This document shows, in pieces, positions 28,701-38,593 of a DNA stretch of 64,000 nucleotides. A model generated the notes under the pieces. The model did not search any database and had not been told where the DNA came from. It worked only from the letters and a program-made list of their open reading frames with translations. The position numbers and the translations under genes were made by a program. Position 1 is the stretch's first letter. The number at the start of each line of letters is the position of its first letter. Location: NCBI GenBank assembly GCA_963823555.1, contig CAWGMA010000001.1:736001-800000 (forward strand), given 5' to 3'. This DNA comes from Candidatus Eiseniibacteriota bacterium. Lineage in GTDB: Bacteria; Eisenbacteria; RBG-16-71-46; CAVPCR01.

Positions 28701-29498
28701 GATACCGGTACCAGCGTGCAGACATTCGACGGGCTCGTGGGCGACATCGTGATCCGGCGGCTGGATCCGCAGCCGCTGCCGCAGCCTTGGGGCACCACGA
28801 TCCCGATCGAGATCCTCGAGCTCCAGCTCGTGAGCGCCGCCCCGATCGTCGTGACGACATCACCCAGCCCGCCGTCCACCGGGGCGCTCGTGCAGCCGGA
28901 TCCCGGGCCGCTCTTCCCGATGGACAGCTTCTTCGACGTCTTCATCACGATGACGTTCGAGGGGCGGACCCTCCACAACGAGCAGCCGGCGCGGCTCGAG
29001 GCGCCGGTGAATCAGATCCCGCCCCTCGATCCATATCAGCTCGTGGCTCCGGTCCAGCTCTTCGATGAGTTGAACCAACCGGCGGGGCAGCTCCTCAACT
29101 GGACGCTCGATCCCGAGCTACCGTACGATCCGAGCCCGTCGTGCCCGGTGGCGCTCGATTGCCGGAATCTCCCGACGACGGGGATCCAGGAGCCCGCGCC
29201 GAGTCCGACGCCGATCGCGCTCGTCGCGCTGCATCCCGCGGCCCCCAATCCGTTCTCGGGAACGACGGCGATCCAGTTCGATCTGCCGCGCGATGGACAC
29301 GTGGCGCTCCGCGTGTACGATGTCGCGGGGCGGCTGGTGCGGACGCTCCTCGATGAGGATCTCCGCGGCCAGTTCCGCCACGAGTACGTGTGGGATGGTC
29401 GCGACGGCCGCGGCCAGCAGGTCGGTTCGGGGATCTACCTCTTCCGGCTCGAGGCCGGGGGGCAGGAACTCCACCGGAAGGCGCTCCTCATCCGTTAG
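25797..29498 (+). CDS. Secreted multidomain trypsin-like (V8/S1) serine protease with three FDVF-motif repeat domains and C-terminal FlgD-Ig domain
   Basis: GGAGG RBS; signal peptide; TAGHC, DDYG and GNSGGP catalytic triad; FPMDSFFDVF twice plus FPAESTFDVF; PNPF...WDGRDG...SGIY. Confidence 0.85.
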   Translation: MVARLRSSHPSRFPSPVGTTAVAIAAALLLLVSTGQALDLGSIDAALTSTWGAAAGRTPDSIPTTDSERLLGGCSLMQLDDGTFENGYAYNFFEVAPPDTGAFAKHFESPYPDPTVLLCEARFFFTTVPQYPQGASLYTAIVYAHDAQNGRPGAEILRVSGIDPGVVPNFPSFVESTVDFGQVEVPREFWVAWWPEWAGAEAEWFIGADENGTEPTPVDHTNAQTAPGWLPVKDADFPNCKNLAIRAAMAAIDGPEPLIPISAQEPADAGCPAYSNATPDTALVCSFTIAASDPAVPWIRIHFDLFDIGLRDFVRFTSTETGDSYDVEGREAVLSPLEYYSLFLDGDEVLVELYAVPGGAGGGIHADFIDVGLIPPPSDTICGADNRQSSNDARVARLKIKKNDGKTYVCTAFLISNNGCYATAGHCLDGVDLTKPGNVVAQHNVPASDADGSTNNPGAADQYKIDTAVTPCFRNNGRGDDYGVFKAKPNEKTKKNPSQAQGSHHDLKDSTPNVGDTVKVTGHGADDGADNFIQQDDSGQVTGVNGTTIEHKADTRGGNSGGPITNASGGVTGIHTHGGCRSDGTGSNAGTSVTSQGFRDCVDQVCAKECQVPPTESEPTVPVIATEILSMTLTSPQPIPITLTGERPLIMTWDPPIGSLPPIVDMDLIMPSPGQTTLPRLTCVGPIIIRTVDSRPSTGQAVPQGSSPCFPMDSFFDVFVEVEMPGLGLTLHNENPIHIAGTINSILPYGDTYSLTDPVPLVDGNGAPAGTLDAWSLTPQPPIDCIFVGGLFGIDFFGQPDLILTPGTTGIQHDAVFWDGANWVIPTELVQMDLRGFSPVLGSEIVVRVFQPGQPSYGNIVFAGLPYLQFPAESTFDVFYEITVENTGRVLVTDGPVHLRDPDGIGALPPLPGDVYQGENPVALIDRDTQEPVGILFQNQLDVGASFAWTPPPPAGIDGICSVSELTVDTGTSVQTFDGLVGDIVIRRLDPQPLPQPWGTTIPIEILELQLVSAAPIVVTTSPSPPSTGALVQPDPGPLFPMDSFFDVFITMTFEGRTLHNEQPARLEAPVNQIPPLDPYQLVAPVQLFDELNQPAGQLLNWTLDPELPYDPSPSCPVALDCRNLPTTGIQEPAPSPTPIALVALHPAAPNPFSGTTAIQFDLPRDGHVALRVYDVAGRLVRTLLDEDLRGQFRHEYVWDGRDGRGQQVGSGIYLFRLEAGGQELHRKALLIR

Positions 29499-29508
29499 GA
29501 GGTCAGCG

Positions 29509-29620
29509 TCGAGAGTGACAGGCGGGGCTCTCGATCGAGCACCGCGGATGGGAGAGGGGGAGCCCGGCGCGGCTTCCCCTCTTCCCTTGGGGCGGCGCTC
29601 GTCTGGTAGGATCCGCCGCC
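29509..29620. terminator. Hairpin cluster (terminator or mRNA stabiliser) after the protease gene
   Basis: TCGAGAGT/GCTCTCGA, GGGAGAGGGGGAGCC/GGCTTCCCCTCTTCCC (29550-86), GGCGGCG/CGCCGCC; no long U-tract. Confidence 0.5.
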
Positions 29621-29643
29621 TGGGCCTCTCAAGGGGGATCGCC

Positions 29644-30717
29644 ATGAAGAGACTGCTCGTCGAGAAGGATCGGAAGCTCCACCGCCTGCTCTGGCTCACC
29701 GCCGCGGCGGCCACCCTCGCCGTGACCGCCTGCAGTCGTGCCACCCCGCCCGAGCGCGATGTCCCGGCGAGGTATCTCGACAGCACCGGCCGCGCCGACG
29801 CCCTGAGCGGCGGCGTGCGCATGATCCCGATCGAAACGCCGAAAGGGACCTTCCACGTTTGGACCCGGCGCTTCGGGAACAACCCGACCATCAAGGTGCT
29901 GATCCTGCACGGCGGGCCGGGGATGACGCACGAATACCTCGAGGCCTTCGACAGCTACTTGCCCGCCGCTGGCATCGAGTACACCTTCTACGACCAGCTC
30001 GGCTCTTTCTACAGCGACCAGCCCGACGAGCCGGACCTGTGGGAGCTCCCGCGCTTCGTCGAGGAAGTCGAGCAAGTGCGGCAGGCGCTCGGTCTCGACC
30101 GCGACAACTTCTACCTCTACGGCCACTCCTGGGGCGGGGTCCTGGGGATCGAATATGCGCTCAAGTACCAGGAGCACCTGAAGGGGCTCATCATCTCCAA
30201 CATGATGGCCAGCATTCCCGCCTACAACGCCTACGCCGAGAGCGTGCTGATGCCGCAGATGGAGCCGGCCGTGCTGGCCGAGCTCAAGAAGATCGAGGCG
30301 GCGGGCGAATACGAGAACCCGCGGTACATGGAGCTCCTGATGGAGCACCATTATACGAAGCACATCCTTCGCATGCCCCTCGAGGAGTGGCCGGACGGGG
30401 TGAATCGCAGCTTCAAGCACGTCAACAACGCGATCTACATCCCGCTGCAGGGGCCGAGCGAGCTTGGCGCCAGCGGAAAGCTCGTGAACTGGGACCGCAT
30501 GGGGGATCTCAAGCAGATCACGGTGCCGACTCTCGTCATCGGGGCGCGCTACGACACCATGGATCCCTCGTACCTGGAGAAGATGTCGCGCGCCGTCGAG
30601 CGGGGGCGCTATCATTTCTGCGAGAGAGGAAGTCACCTCGCCATCTACGACGACCAGAAGTTGTACATGAGCGGCCTGATCCGGTTCCTCGACGATGTCG
30701 ATGCCGGACGCTTCTAG
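29644..30717 (+). CDS. Proline iminopeptidase-family alpha/beta hydrolase, probable lipoprotein
   Basis: LHGGPG, YDQLGS, GHSWGG, YDTMDP and GSHL motifs; lipobox-like AVTAC. Confidence 0.9.
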   Translation: MKRLLVEKDRKLHRLLWLTAAAATLAVTACSRATPPERDVPARYLDSTGRADALSGGVRMIPIETPKGTFHVWTRRFGNNPTIKVLILHGGPGMTHEYLEAFDSYLPAAGIEYTFYDQLGSFYSDQPDEPDLWELPRFVEEVEQVRQALGLDRDNFYLYGHSWGGVLGIEYALKYQEHLKGLIISNMMASIPAYNAYAESVLMPQMEPAVLAELKKIEAAGEYENPRYMELLMEHHYTKHILRMPLEEWPDGVNRSFKHVNNAIYIPLQGPSELGASGKLVNWDRMGDLKQITVPTLVIGARYDTMDPSYLEKMSRAVERGRYHFCERGSHLAIYDDQKLYMSGLIRFLDDVDAGRF

Positions 30718-30847
30718 CGGGAGGCCGATCAGCCGTTAGGTCTTTGCCAGCTGGCGCGTTGCCCCGGCAGGCCGTTCCAGGCTATTCTTCGCGAGCCGGC
30801 GGGTTCGCGCCGGCTCGTCTTGGCGTTCCCCATGGATGGCGACCATC

Positions 30848-32575
30848 ATGAAAGCGACTTCATCCCCCTCGACAAAGGCGCAAGCCCAGACGGCGAAGGC
30901 CGCGGCCGCCGCTCCCGCTCGCCCCGCCGTCCGTGCCCCGCGCGGCACCGAGCTATCCTGCAAGGGCTGGCTCCAGGAAGCAGCCCTCCGCATGCTCATG
31001 AACAACCTCGACCCCGAGGTGGCGGAACGCCCCGCCGATCTCGTCGTCTATGGCGGGTCGGGTCGGGCGGCGCGCAGCTGGGAAGCCTTCGACGCGATCG
31101 TCGGTGAGCTCAGGCGCCTCGAGTCCGACGAGACGCTCCTCGTCCAATCGGGAAAGCCGGTCGGGGTGTTCCGCACGCACCCCCTCGCGCCGCGCGTTCT
31201 CATCGCCAACTCGAACCTGGTCCCGGCCTGGGGGACCTGGGAGGAGTTCCGGCGCCTGGAGAAGCTCGGTCTCATCATGTACGGGCAGATGACCGCCGGG
31301 AGCTGGATCTACATCGGCACCCAGGGCATCCTCCAGGGCACCTTCGAGACGCTCGCCGAGCTCGCGCAGCAGCACTACGGCGGCACCTTGGCGGGAAAGA
31401 TCACGCTCACCGGTGGCCTCGGCGGGATGGGTGGGGCCCAGCCCCTCGCCGTCACCATGAACGGCGGCGTCTGCATCGCGGTCGAGGTCGATCCTGGGCG
31501 CATCCAGCGCCGGCTCGAGACCGGGTACGTCGATCGCATGACCGACAAGCTCGAGGAGGCGATCCAGCTCGCCGAGGCCGCGCGCGCAGCACGGGAGCCG
31601 CTCTCGATCGCGCTCCTCGGGAACACGGCCGAGGTCTTGCCCGAGCTCCTTCGCCGCGGTTTCCATCCCGATGTCGTCACCGATCAGACCTCGGCCCACG
31701 ATGCGCTGAACGGCTACGTGCCGGCCGGCGTCTCGCTCGCGGCCGCGGCCGAGCTCCGGCAGAAGAACCCCGAGCTCTACATCAAGCGCGCCATGGAGTC
31801 GATTGCCACGCACGTCGGCGCCATGCTCGTGTTCCAGGAGCGGGGGAGCGTGGTCTTCGACTACGGCAACAATATTCGCGCTCAGGCGCGAAAAGCTGGT
31901 CTGGAGCGCGCCTTCGACTTCCCGGGCTTCGTTCCCGCGTACATCCGGCCGCTGTTCTGTCGCGGCAAGGGACCGTTCCGCTTCGCCGCCCTGTCCGGAG
32001 ACCCGGCCGACATTGCGCGCGCCGACGAGGCGCTCTTGAAGGCATTCCCCGACGATCCGGTGCTCGCCCGCTGGATCCCGCTGGCCCGCAAGCGCGTGGC
32101 CTACCAGGGACTGCCCTCGCGCATCTGCTGGCTCGGGTTCGGGGAGCGCGATCGCGCCGGGCTCGTGCTCAACGATCTGGTGCGCCGCGGCGAGATCAAG
32201 GCCCCGATCGTGATCGGCCGCGATCATCTCGATTCGGGCTCGGTGGCCTCGCCCTATCGCGAGACCGAGGGCATGAAGGATGGCTCGGACGCGATCGCCG
32301 ACTGGCCGCTCCTGAACGCGATGCTGAACACGGCGTCGGGGGCGGCGTGGGTCTCGATCCACCACGGCGGCGGAGTCGGCATCGGCTACTCGCTTCATGC
32401 CGGCATGGTGTGCGTCGCCGACGGTAGCGAGGAGGCCGACGAGCGGCTCTCGCGTGTCCTCACCAATGATCCCGGCACCGGTGTCATGCGCCACGCCGAC
32501 GCCGGCTACGAGGACGCGAAGGCCACCGCCAGGGCGCAGGGTCTCCGCATCCCCATGCTGGAGGAAGGGACGTAG
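30848..32575 (+). CDS. hutU: Urocanate hydratase
   Basis: [46 protein letters not shown] and HHGGGVG motifs. Confidence 0.98.
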   Translation: MKATSSPSTKAQAQTAKAAAAAPARPAVRAPRGTELSCKGWLQEAALRMLMNNLDPEVAERPADLVVYGGSGRAARSWEAFDAIVGELRRLESDETLLVQSGKPVGVFRTHPLAPRVLIANSNLVPAWGTWEEFRRLEKLGLIMYGQMTAGSWIYIGTQGILQGTFETLAELAQQHYGGTLAGKITLTGGLGGMGGAQPLAVTMNGGVCIAVEVDPGRIQRRLETGYVDRMTDKLEEAIQLAEAARAAREPLSIALLGNTAEVLPELLRRGFHPDVVTDQTSAHDALNGYVPAGVSLAAAAELRQKNPELYIKRAMESIATHVGAMLVFQERGSVVFDYGNNIRAQARKAGLERAFDFPGFVPAYIRPLFCRGKGPFRFAALSGDPADIARADEALLKAFPDDPVLARWIPLARKRVAYQGLPSRICWLGFGERDRAGLVLNDLVRRGEIKAPIVIGRDHLDSGSVASPYRETEGMKDGSDAIADWPLLNAMLNTASGAAWVSIHHGGGVGIGYSLHAGMVCVADGSEEADERLSRVLTNDPGTGVMRHADAGYEDAKATARAQGLRIPMLEEGT

Positions 32576-32586
32576 GGACAGGGGCG

Positions 32587-33930
32587 ATGGGCGCGCCGAT
32601 CGAAGCCACGCTCGTCGTGCGCGGCGGTGCCGAGGTGGCCACCATGGCCTCGGCAGCGGAGCGTTCCGCGGCCGAGCGCGCGGCGGCGGGGAATCGGGAC
32701 CCGAGTCCTCTCCCCGGCCCGGCGCGAGGTCCCGCCCTCGGCGAGCTCGGTCTCATCCCGCGCGGCGCGGTGGCGATCGCCGGCGAACGCATCGCCTGGA
32801 TCGGCCCCGAGAGCGAGCTCGATTCGACCGTGCGACTCGCGGCCGGGGCGCGCGTCCTCGATGCCGCCGGGGGCACCGTCCTTCCCGGGTTCGTCGATCC
32901 CCACACTCACATCCCCTTCGCCGGCGATCGCTCGGACGAGTTCGGGATGCGCATGCGCGGCCTCGGCTACCTCGAGATCGCAGCCGCGGGCGGCGGCATT
33001 CTCTCGAGCGTGCGAGCGTTTCGCGCCGCCCCGTCGGACGAGCTCTTCGCGCGCGCCCGCCACGACCTGGATCAGATGCTGCTCCTCGGCACCACCACGG
33101 TCGAGTGCAAGACAGGCTACGGACTCACCACCGAGGACGAGCTCCGCGGCCTCGAGGTGCTGGCCGAGCTCGAGCGCACCCATCCGGTGGCCGTTGTTCC
33201 CACCTTCATGGGCGCGCATGCGGTGCCGCCGGAGTACAAGGGGAACACCGCCGGGTTCGTTGCGCTCGTCATCGAGGACATGCTGCCGCAGGTCGCCGAG
33301 CAGGGAATCGCGCGCTTCTGCGACGTCTTCTGCGAGCCGGGGTTCTTCAGCCCCGAGGAGACGCGCGCCGTCTTCACCGCGGCGCGCGAGCGCGGGCTCG
33401 CGCTCAAGCTGCACGCGGACGAGTTCGTCGACTCGGGCGGAGCCGCCCTCGCCGCCCAGTTCGGGGCCGTCTCGGCCGATCACCTGATGGCGATCGGCGA
33501 CGCCGGGCTCGAGGCTCTCGCGAGCTCACAGACGATCCCGGTCCTTCTCCCCGGAACCTCGTTCTTCCTCGGGATGTCGCGCTTCGCGCCCGGGCGGCGT
33601 TTCGTCGAGGCCGGGTTGCCGGTCGCGATCGCCACCGATTACAACCCCGGGAGCTCGATGGTGGCCTCGATGCCGCTCATCGTGAGCCTCGCCTGCCTCG
33701 GGCTCCAACTGACTCCCGAGGAGGCTCTGATCGCCGCCACCCGCAACGCGGCGCATGCCGCCGGGACCCCCGACCGTGGGGTCCTCGTCCCCGGCGCCCG
33801 CGCCGACCTCCAGATCGTCGCCCTCTCCGGCGTGCGCCAGCTTCCCTATCACATCGGGCCATCGCACGTGACGGCGGTCGTCGCCGGCGGCCAGGTTGCC
33901 GTCGAGTCCGGCCGTATCCTCGGCGCGTAG
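32587..33930 (+). CDS. hutI: Imidazolonepropionase
   Basis: PGFVDPHTH, GGGILS, ECKTGYGL, CDVFCE, KLHADE, SADHL and ATDYNPGS motifs; follows hutU. Confidence 0.95.
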   Translation: MGAPIEATLVVRGGAEVATMASAAERSAAERAAAGNRDPSPLPGPARGPALGELGLIPRGAVAIAGERIAWIGPESELDSTVRLAAGARVLDAAGGTVLPGFVDPHTHIPFAGDRSDEFGMRMRGLGYLEIAAAGGGILSSVRAFRAAPSDELFARARHDLDQMLLLGTTTVECKTGYGLTTEDELRGLEVLAELERTHPVAVVPTFMGAHAVPPEYKGNTAGFVALVIEDMLPQVAEQGIARFCDVFCEPGFFSPEETRAVFTAARERGLALKLHADEFVDSGGAALAAQFGAVSADHLMAIGDAGLEALASSQTIPVLLPGTSFFLGMSRFAPGRRFVEAGLPVAIATDYNPGSSMVASMPLIVSLACLGLQLTPEEALIAATRNAAHAAGTPDRGVLVPGARADLQIVALSGVRQLPYHIGPSHVTAVVAGGQVAVESGRILGA

Positions 33931-33960
33931 CGGCCTCTCTGCGCCCGCGCTCGCCGGCTG

Positions 33961-34839
33961 CTACTTCTCGACCATGATCACCACGTACTTCACCTTCCGG
34001 AACTCGACCGGGTCGGTGATGACGAGCTTCGACTGCCGGTCCGCGAGCAACCGGAGCTCGTAGCTCGCCTGGCTCTGCCGGCTCAGGACCTCGGGCTTGT
34101 CGAAGGGGACCGGGATCTCGGTTGTCTGGTCCGAGTCGATGACGGTGAAGTCCGCTTCATCGTAGGTATTGGTGAGCCGCACGGTCTTCCCGATGCCGAT
34201 GAAGCCGCCCTCGACCGTGATGATCCCCTTCTGCTTGAGCTCATCCCTGGTGCCGATCACGTAGTAGATAGCGCTCAGCTCCCGCGTCTTGGCGTCGATC
34301 GTGCTTTGCTGCTCGGCGATCTTCGCCTGTCCCATCTGCACGTCGGTCTCGAGCCCGGCCACGGTGGACTTGAGCGCTTCGACCTCGCCCGTCAGGCGCT
34401 GGATCGTGGCCTCCCGTTCCGCTACCGACCGCTTGAGGTTCTCGATGACCCGGTTCAAGCTCGTCACCTCGGCCTGGCTCTTCCGCATGCTCTTCTCGAG
34501 CTCCTCGATCTTGAGCTTGGTGTTGCTGACGCTCAGCTTCAGATCCGAGATGGTGTCGAGCATCTCTTCTTTCTGCGACTGGGTGAGCGTGCCTCCCATC
34601 TCGGCGCTGTGCGAGATATGAGCCAGCCGCTCCTCCGCCGGCAGCATCACGCTCAGGCTGTCCTGGATCTCCGCGATCGACTGGAGCGCCGCGCCGAACT
34701 GCTCGCGTGCGATCTCCTCCGAGAGCTGGGTCTCGACGATCCGCGACGTGAGCTGCTGGCGCTGGATGGCAAGGTAGGCGATGGCGACTGCCATGGCGAT
34801 GAGAACGAGGCTGAGAATGACGGCGACGGACTTCTTCAT
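33961..34839 (-). CDS. Membrane-anchored coiled-coil protein, Cbp1 adhesin-like
   Basis: N-terminal TM helix, long heptad coil, C-terminal YYVIGTRDELKQKGII...GGFIGIG...LVITDP...KYVVI domain. Confidence 0.7.
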   Translation of the reverse strand: MKKSVAVILSLVLIAMAVAIAYLAIQRQQLTSRIVETQLSEEIAREQFGAALQSIAEIQDSLSVMLPAEERLAHISHSAEMGGTLTQSQKEEMLDTISDLKLSVSNTKLKIEELEKSMRKSQAEVTSLNRVIENLKRSVAEREATIQRLTGEVEALKSTVAGLETDVQMGQAKIAEQQSTIDAKTRELSAIYYVIGTRDELKQKGIITVEGGFIGIGKTVRLTNTYDEADFTVIDSDQTTEIPVPFDKPEVLSRQSQASYELRLLADRQSKLVITDPVEFRKVKYVVIMVEK

Positions 34840-35003
34840 ATTCACTCCTGCGGGCGATTCTCCCGGGGCACTGACGGGACGACGACCCGGCAGGATAGCA
34901 GAACTCCGCCGGGTGCAAGGGGGGCGTGGGGCGGAGGGCGGCCCTCGTCGGGGGAGCCCCGGGGGCGCTTTCTTCCCGGTCTGCGACAGCGGCCGTATCA
35001 CAT

Positions 35004-35029
35004 CGGGCCGGCGCCGAGGCGCCGGCCCG
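35004..35029. promoter_or_regulatory. Perfect 12-bp inverted repeat between divergent genes
   Basis: CGGGCCGGCGCC-GA-GGCGCCGGCCCG. Confidence 0.4.
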
Positions 35030-35239
35030 GCCCTGCGGCCACCGGGGGGCTGGATCGGGCGGGATCACCCACCCCGAGCCCCGCTGCATGGGCCATTTCT
35101 CAACGCGATCATGCACTTCGCTTACGTTACGACGGGCAGTGCCGAAACTTGATGCGGGAGGCGCGCGCCCGGTGCGCTTCCGTCAAGGCCGACCCCTACG
35201 CCAGGCGCCAGAGCCCGCTACTGCGGCGGAGAGAGCCCA

Positions 35240-37638
35240 TTGGACAAGGCAACCGCGATCAAGCAACGCGCCCAGGCCCACATCCAGCGCAATTCTCTCA
35301 AGGAAGCGATGGCCGAGTACGAGAAGCTCCTCGCGCTCGAGCCTGTCGATCCCTACGCCTACATCCTGCTCGGTGATCTCGCCGTGCGCATGAGCACGCG
35401 CGACATCGCGCTCAAGCGCTACGGGCAGGCCGTGGACGCCTACGAGGCGCAGGGCCTGTGCCGCAATGCAATCGCCGTCCTCAAGAAGATCCAGCGCCTC
35501 GACTCCACCCAGGTCGAAACGCTGCGCCGTCTCGCCGATCTCTATGCCCGGGAAGGGCTCATGGCCGAGTCGATGTCGCACTACCTCGAGTTTGGCTCGA
35601 AGTGCCTCGAGGCCGGGCGTGACGAGGAGACGCGCCAGGTGCTCGAGATCGTGTCCCAGCTCGGGACCGCCAACATCAAGGTGGCGAGGCGCATTGCGGA
35701 TCTCTGTGTTGCGATCGGCGACAGGGAGCGGGCGGCCATCGAGCTCGAGCGCATGGCGGGCGAGCTCGATGGCCGGGGCCAGGCCGATCGCGCCGCCGAG
35801 CTCAGGGCGCGGGCGGCGGAACTGGCCCCGACAGTCGCCGCCGGGACCGAGATCAGTCTGGCGCCGGCGGACGAGATGCCGGAGGGTGAGCTGTCGATCC
35901 CGGACGAGCCCATTCAGATCCCGCAGCTCGAAGCGCGGGTCAGCGAGGCCGGGGATTCGCCGGCGACAGGGGGCCAGGAGATCAGTGAGGCCGCGCCATC
36001 GCCCGGCGATGTCATGCCCGGGCTCGAGCGCTCGGGCGGGCTCTTCCAGCCGGTCGACACTCCACCGGCGTCTTTCCTCGATCAGACCTTCTCGATGCCT
36101 CGGGATAAGGAAGAGGGCGAGGAGGGAGAAGAGGAGGTAGGTGAAGTCGGGGCCGAGGTGATGGAGGCCGAAGCGGCCGGTGCCGAGATGGCCGAGCAGG
36201 AGGAGCCGGAGACCATCGAACCGGAGATGCCGGCGAGCGCCGAAGAGGCGCAGGAATCGACCGCGGCCGGGATCGAAGGCGCGGACGAAGCGGTCGCCGA
36301 GGATGAAGCGGACGAAGCGGTCGCCGAGGATGAGGCGCGGACGAAGCGGTCGCCGAGGATGAAGCGGACGAAGCGGTTGCCGAGGAAGAAGCGGACGAGG
36401 CGGATCCTGAGGAGGATCCACTCGATGCGCAGATCCGCGCCTGGGCGAGCGACGTGGCCGCTCACCTCGAGGCCGGGGATCGATCGGCTGCCGAAGCGGT
36501 GCTCGACGAGGCCGCCTCGCAGTGCACGGCAGCTGGACGCAACACGGCGGCTCGTCGCTTCCTGCTCGAGCTATGGACGCTCGGAAGACGCGAGATCCCG
36601 GTTGCCGAGAAGCTCCGCGAGATTGCCAAGGCCAGCAGCGACACCTCAGCGGAAGCGCGATGGATGGCTGAGATCGGTGAGATCCAGCTGTCCCGCGGGG
36701 AGTTGAGCGCGGCGCAAGCCACGTTCGAGTGGGCGCTCGAGCTGGATCCCACCGAGTCGCTTGCCCGCAGGCGATACGAGCGAATCCAGAAGATGGAATC
36801 GGGCGCGGCCGGCGACGAGACATCGTTCGAGGCCGAGGCCGAACTCGCCGGGGCGGAGCCCATCCAGGGCGAGCCGATCATTGAAGCCGAACCCATTGCC
36901 GAGGCGGAGGTGGCCCCGGTCGGCGAGCAGGACAGCGATGACGAGCCGGTCGTTGCCGGCGAGCCTCTCATCGAGATGGAGCTCCTGGCCTCCGACGATG
37001 AGGCCGAGGTGGTCGAGATCGATCGGGTCGAACCCGGCTCCGGTGCTGGGGAATCACCCATCCCCGAGATGCTCATCGAGAGCGCTGGCGATCTCACCGG
37101 CGATCTCAGAGGTGGCGCCGCGCTCGATGGGGTTTCCGGGCTTACCGGAGCCCGCGGCAACGGGCACGGTGACGAGAAGAAGGCGACCGAACCGCCGCCC
37201 AACCCGGCGACCGATGATCAGCTCGCCTGGGTCATCGGGCGCTTCCAGCGCGATGTCTCCTCCCAGCTCGGGGCCGGAGACCATGCGAGCCACTACGACC
37301 TTGGCATGGCGTACATGGAGATGGAGCTCTACCACGAGGCCATCTCCGAGTTCCGTCAGGCGCTCGGCGGTGCGACCTACCGCCGCCGCTGCCTCGAGCT
37401 CCTGGCCACGTGCTATAGTCGCGCCGGCGAACCGCAGCAGGCGGCCTCTCACTGGCGGGCGGCTCTCGACGAGGCGCTGAAGACAGGAGAGGGGCCACTC
37501 GCTCTCCGCTACGAGCTGGCTGTGAGCCTCGCTGCCGCGGGTCAGGTCGAGACGGCGCGGGAGGAGCTGCGCGAGGTGGTGCGCCGCGATCCCAAGTTCC
37601 TCGACGCCAACGAGCGGTTGCAGGCGCTCGGCGCCTGA
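35240..37638 (+). CDS. SgmX-like TPR protein, split by a frameshift in an acidic tandem repeat
   Basis: N-terminal TPRs (NAIAVLKKIQRLD), acidic linker, C-terminal SHYDLGMAYMEMELYHEAISEF; ORFs 35240-36706 and 36454-37638 join at about 36335. Confidence 0.7.
36277..36417 (+). repeat. 27-bp tandem repeat (ADEAVAEDE), about 5 units, containing a 56-bp duplication
   Basis: GCGGACGAAGCGGTCGCCGAGGATGAA-type units at 36281, 36308, 36337, 36364 and 36391. Confidence 0.9.
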
Positions 37639-37743
37639 TCGGATCTCGAACTCGGCGCGCGACGGATAGCTCACGTCGAAGGCGGCGGCCGAGGCATCGG
37701 CCGCCGTGATCGTATCGGGGCCAAGGAAGGAACCAGGCCCGGG

Positions 37744-38592
37744 ATGGCAGGAATGGAAGCCTCGACGCCCAGCGGATACATCGACCTCCATCTGCACACC
37801 GTGCACTCCGATGGCGTGCACACGCCCGAGGAGGTGATCGCCTTTGCCCGTCAGGCCCGGCTCTCCGCCGTGGCGATCACCGATCACGACACCCTGGATG
37901 GCGTGGTTGCGGGTCAAGCGGCGGCCCAAGAAGCCGGCATCGATTTCATCTCCGGAGTCGAGCTGTCCGCTTCCGATCGCAATGCCGACGTCCATATCCT
38001 CGGCTACTTCGTCGAACCTGCCACCCCCGGGCTCACGGAAGAGCTTCAACTACTGCGTGACGGACGTCTTCTGCGCGCGGTCCAGATCCTCGATCTCCTC
38101 AAGCGGCTCGGCGCCCCCATTCGCTGCGAACGCGTGCAGGCCTTTGCCGGTGGGGCGCCGATCGGGCGCCCGCACATCGCCGCCGCGCTCGTGGAGGCCG
38201 GGCATGTCCGGAGCATTGACGAGGCGTTCGACCGCTACATCGGCTATCATGGCCCGGCCTATGTGCCGAAACGGACGCTCAACCCGGAGGGCGCGATCGA
38301 CCTGGTCAAGCGCGCCGGTGGAGTCCCGGTGCTCGCGCACCCAGGCTCCCTGCGGCGCGACGACTTGATCCCGAGTCTCGTCGACTGGGGGCTCGAAGGG
38401 ATCGAGATCTGGCACCCGAAGCATGATGCGGCACGCGTGCGCCACTATCAGGCCCTGGCTGAAGAGCACCATCTGCTCGTCACGGGTGGGTCCGACTTCC
38501 ATGGTTCCGGGCGTGGCGACTCGACCGTGGGCGATCAGCCCGTTCCCGAGTCGATCCTGGTTCCGCTCCGGGCCTGCATTCGATCGCGCTGA
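37744..38592 (+). CDS. PHP-domain phosphoesterase (TrpH/YciV-like)
   Basis: DLHLHTVHSDG, ITDHD, VHILGY, GRPHIA, LAHP and GGSDFHG motifs. Confidence 0.92.
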   Translation: MAGMEASTPSGYIDLHLHTVHSDGVHTPEEVIAFARQARLSAVAITDHDTLDGVVAGQAAAQEAGIDFISGVELSASDRNADVHILGYFVEPATPGLTEELQLLRDGRLLRAVQILDLLKRLGAPIRCERVQAFAGGAPIGRPHIAAALVEAGHVRSIDEAFDRYIGYHGPAYVPKRTLNPEGAIDLVKRAGGVPVLAHPGSLRRDDLIPSLVDWGLEGIEIWHPKHDAARVRHYQALAEEHHLLVTGGSDFHGSGRGDSTVGDQPVPESILVPLRACIRSR

Positions 38593-38593
38593 C

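Noticed and set aside
30848..33930. Incomplete hut pathway (no hutH/hutG) as a novelty
   Set aside because: hut genes are often dispersed, and absence cannot be judged from one window
37639..37743. Cobalamin riboswitch upstream of the PHP-ECF-barrel operon
   Set aside because: Spacer is about 100 bp with one GC hairpin and no B12-box or conserved core
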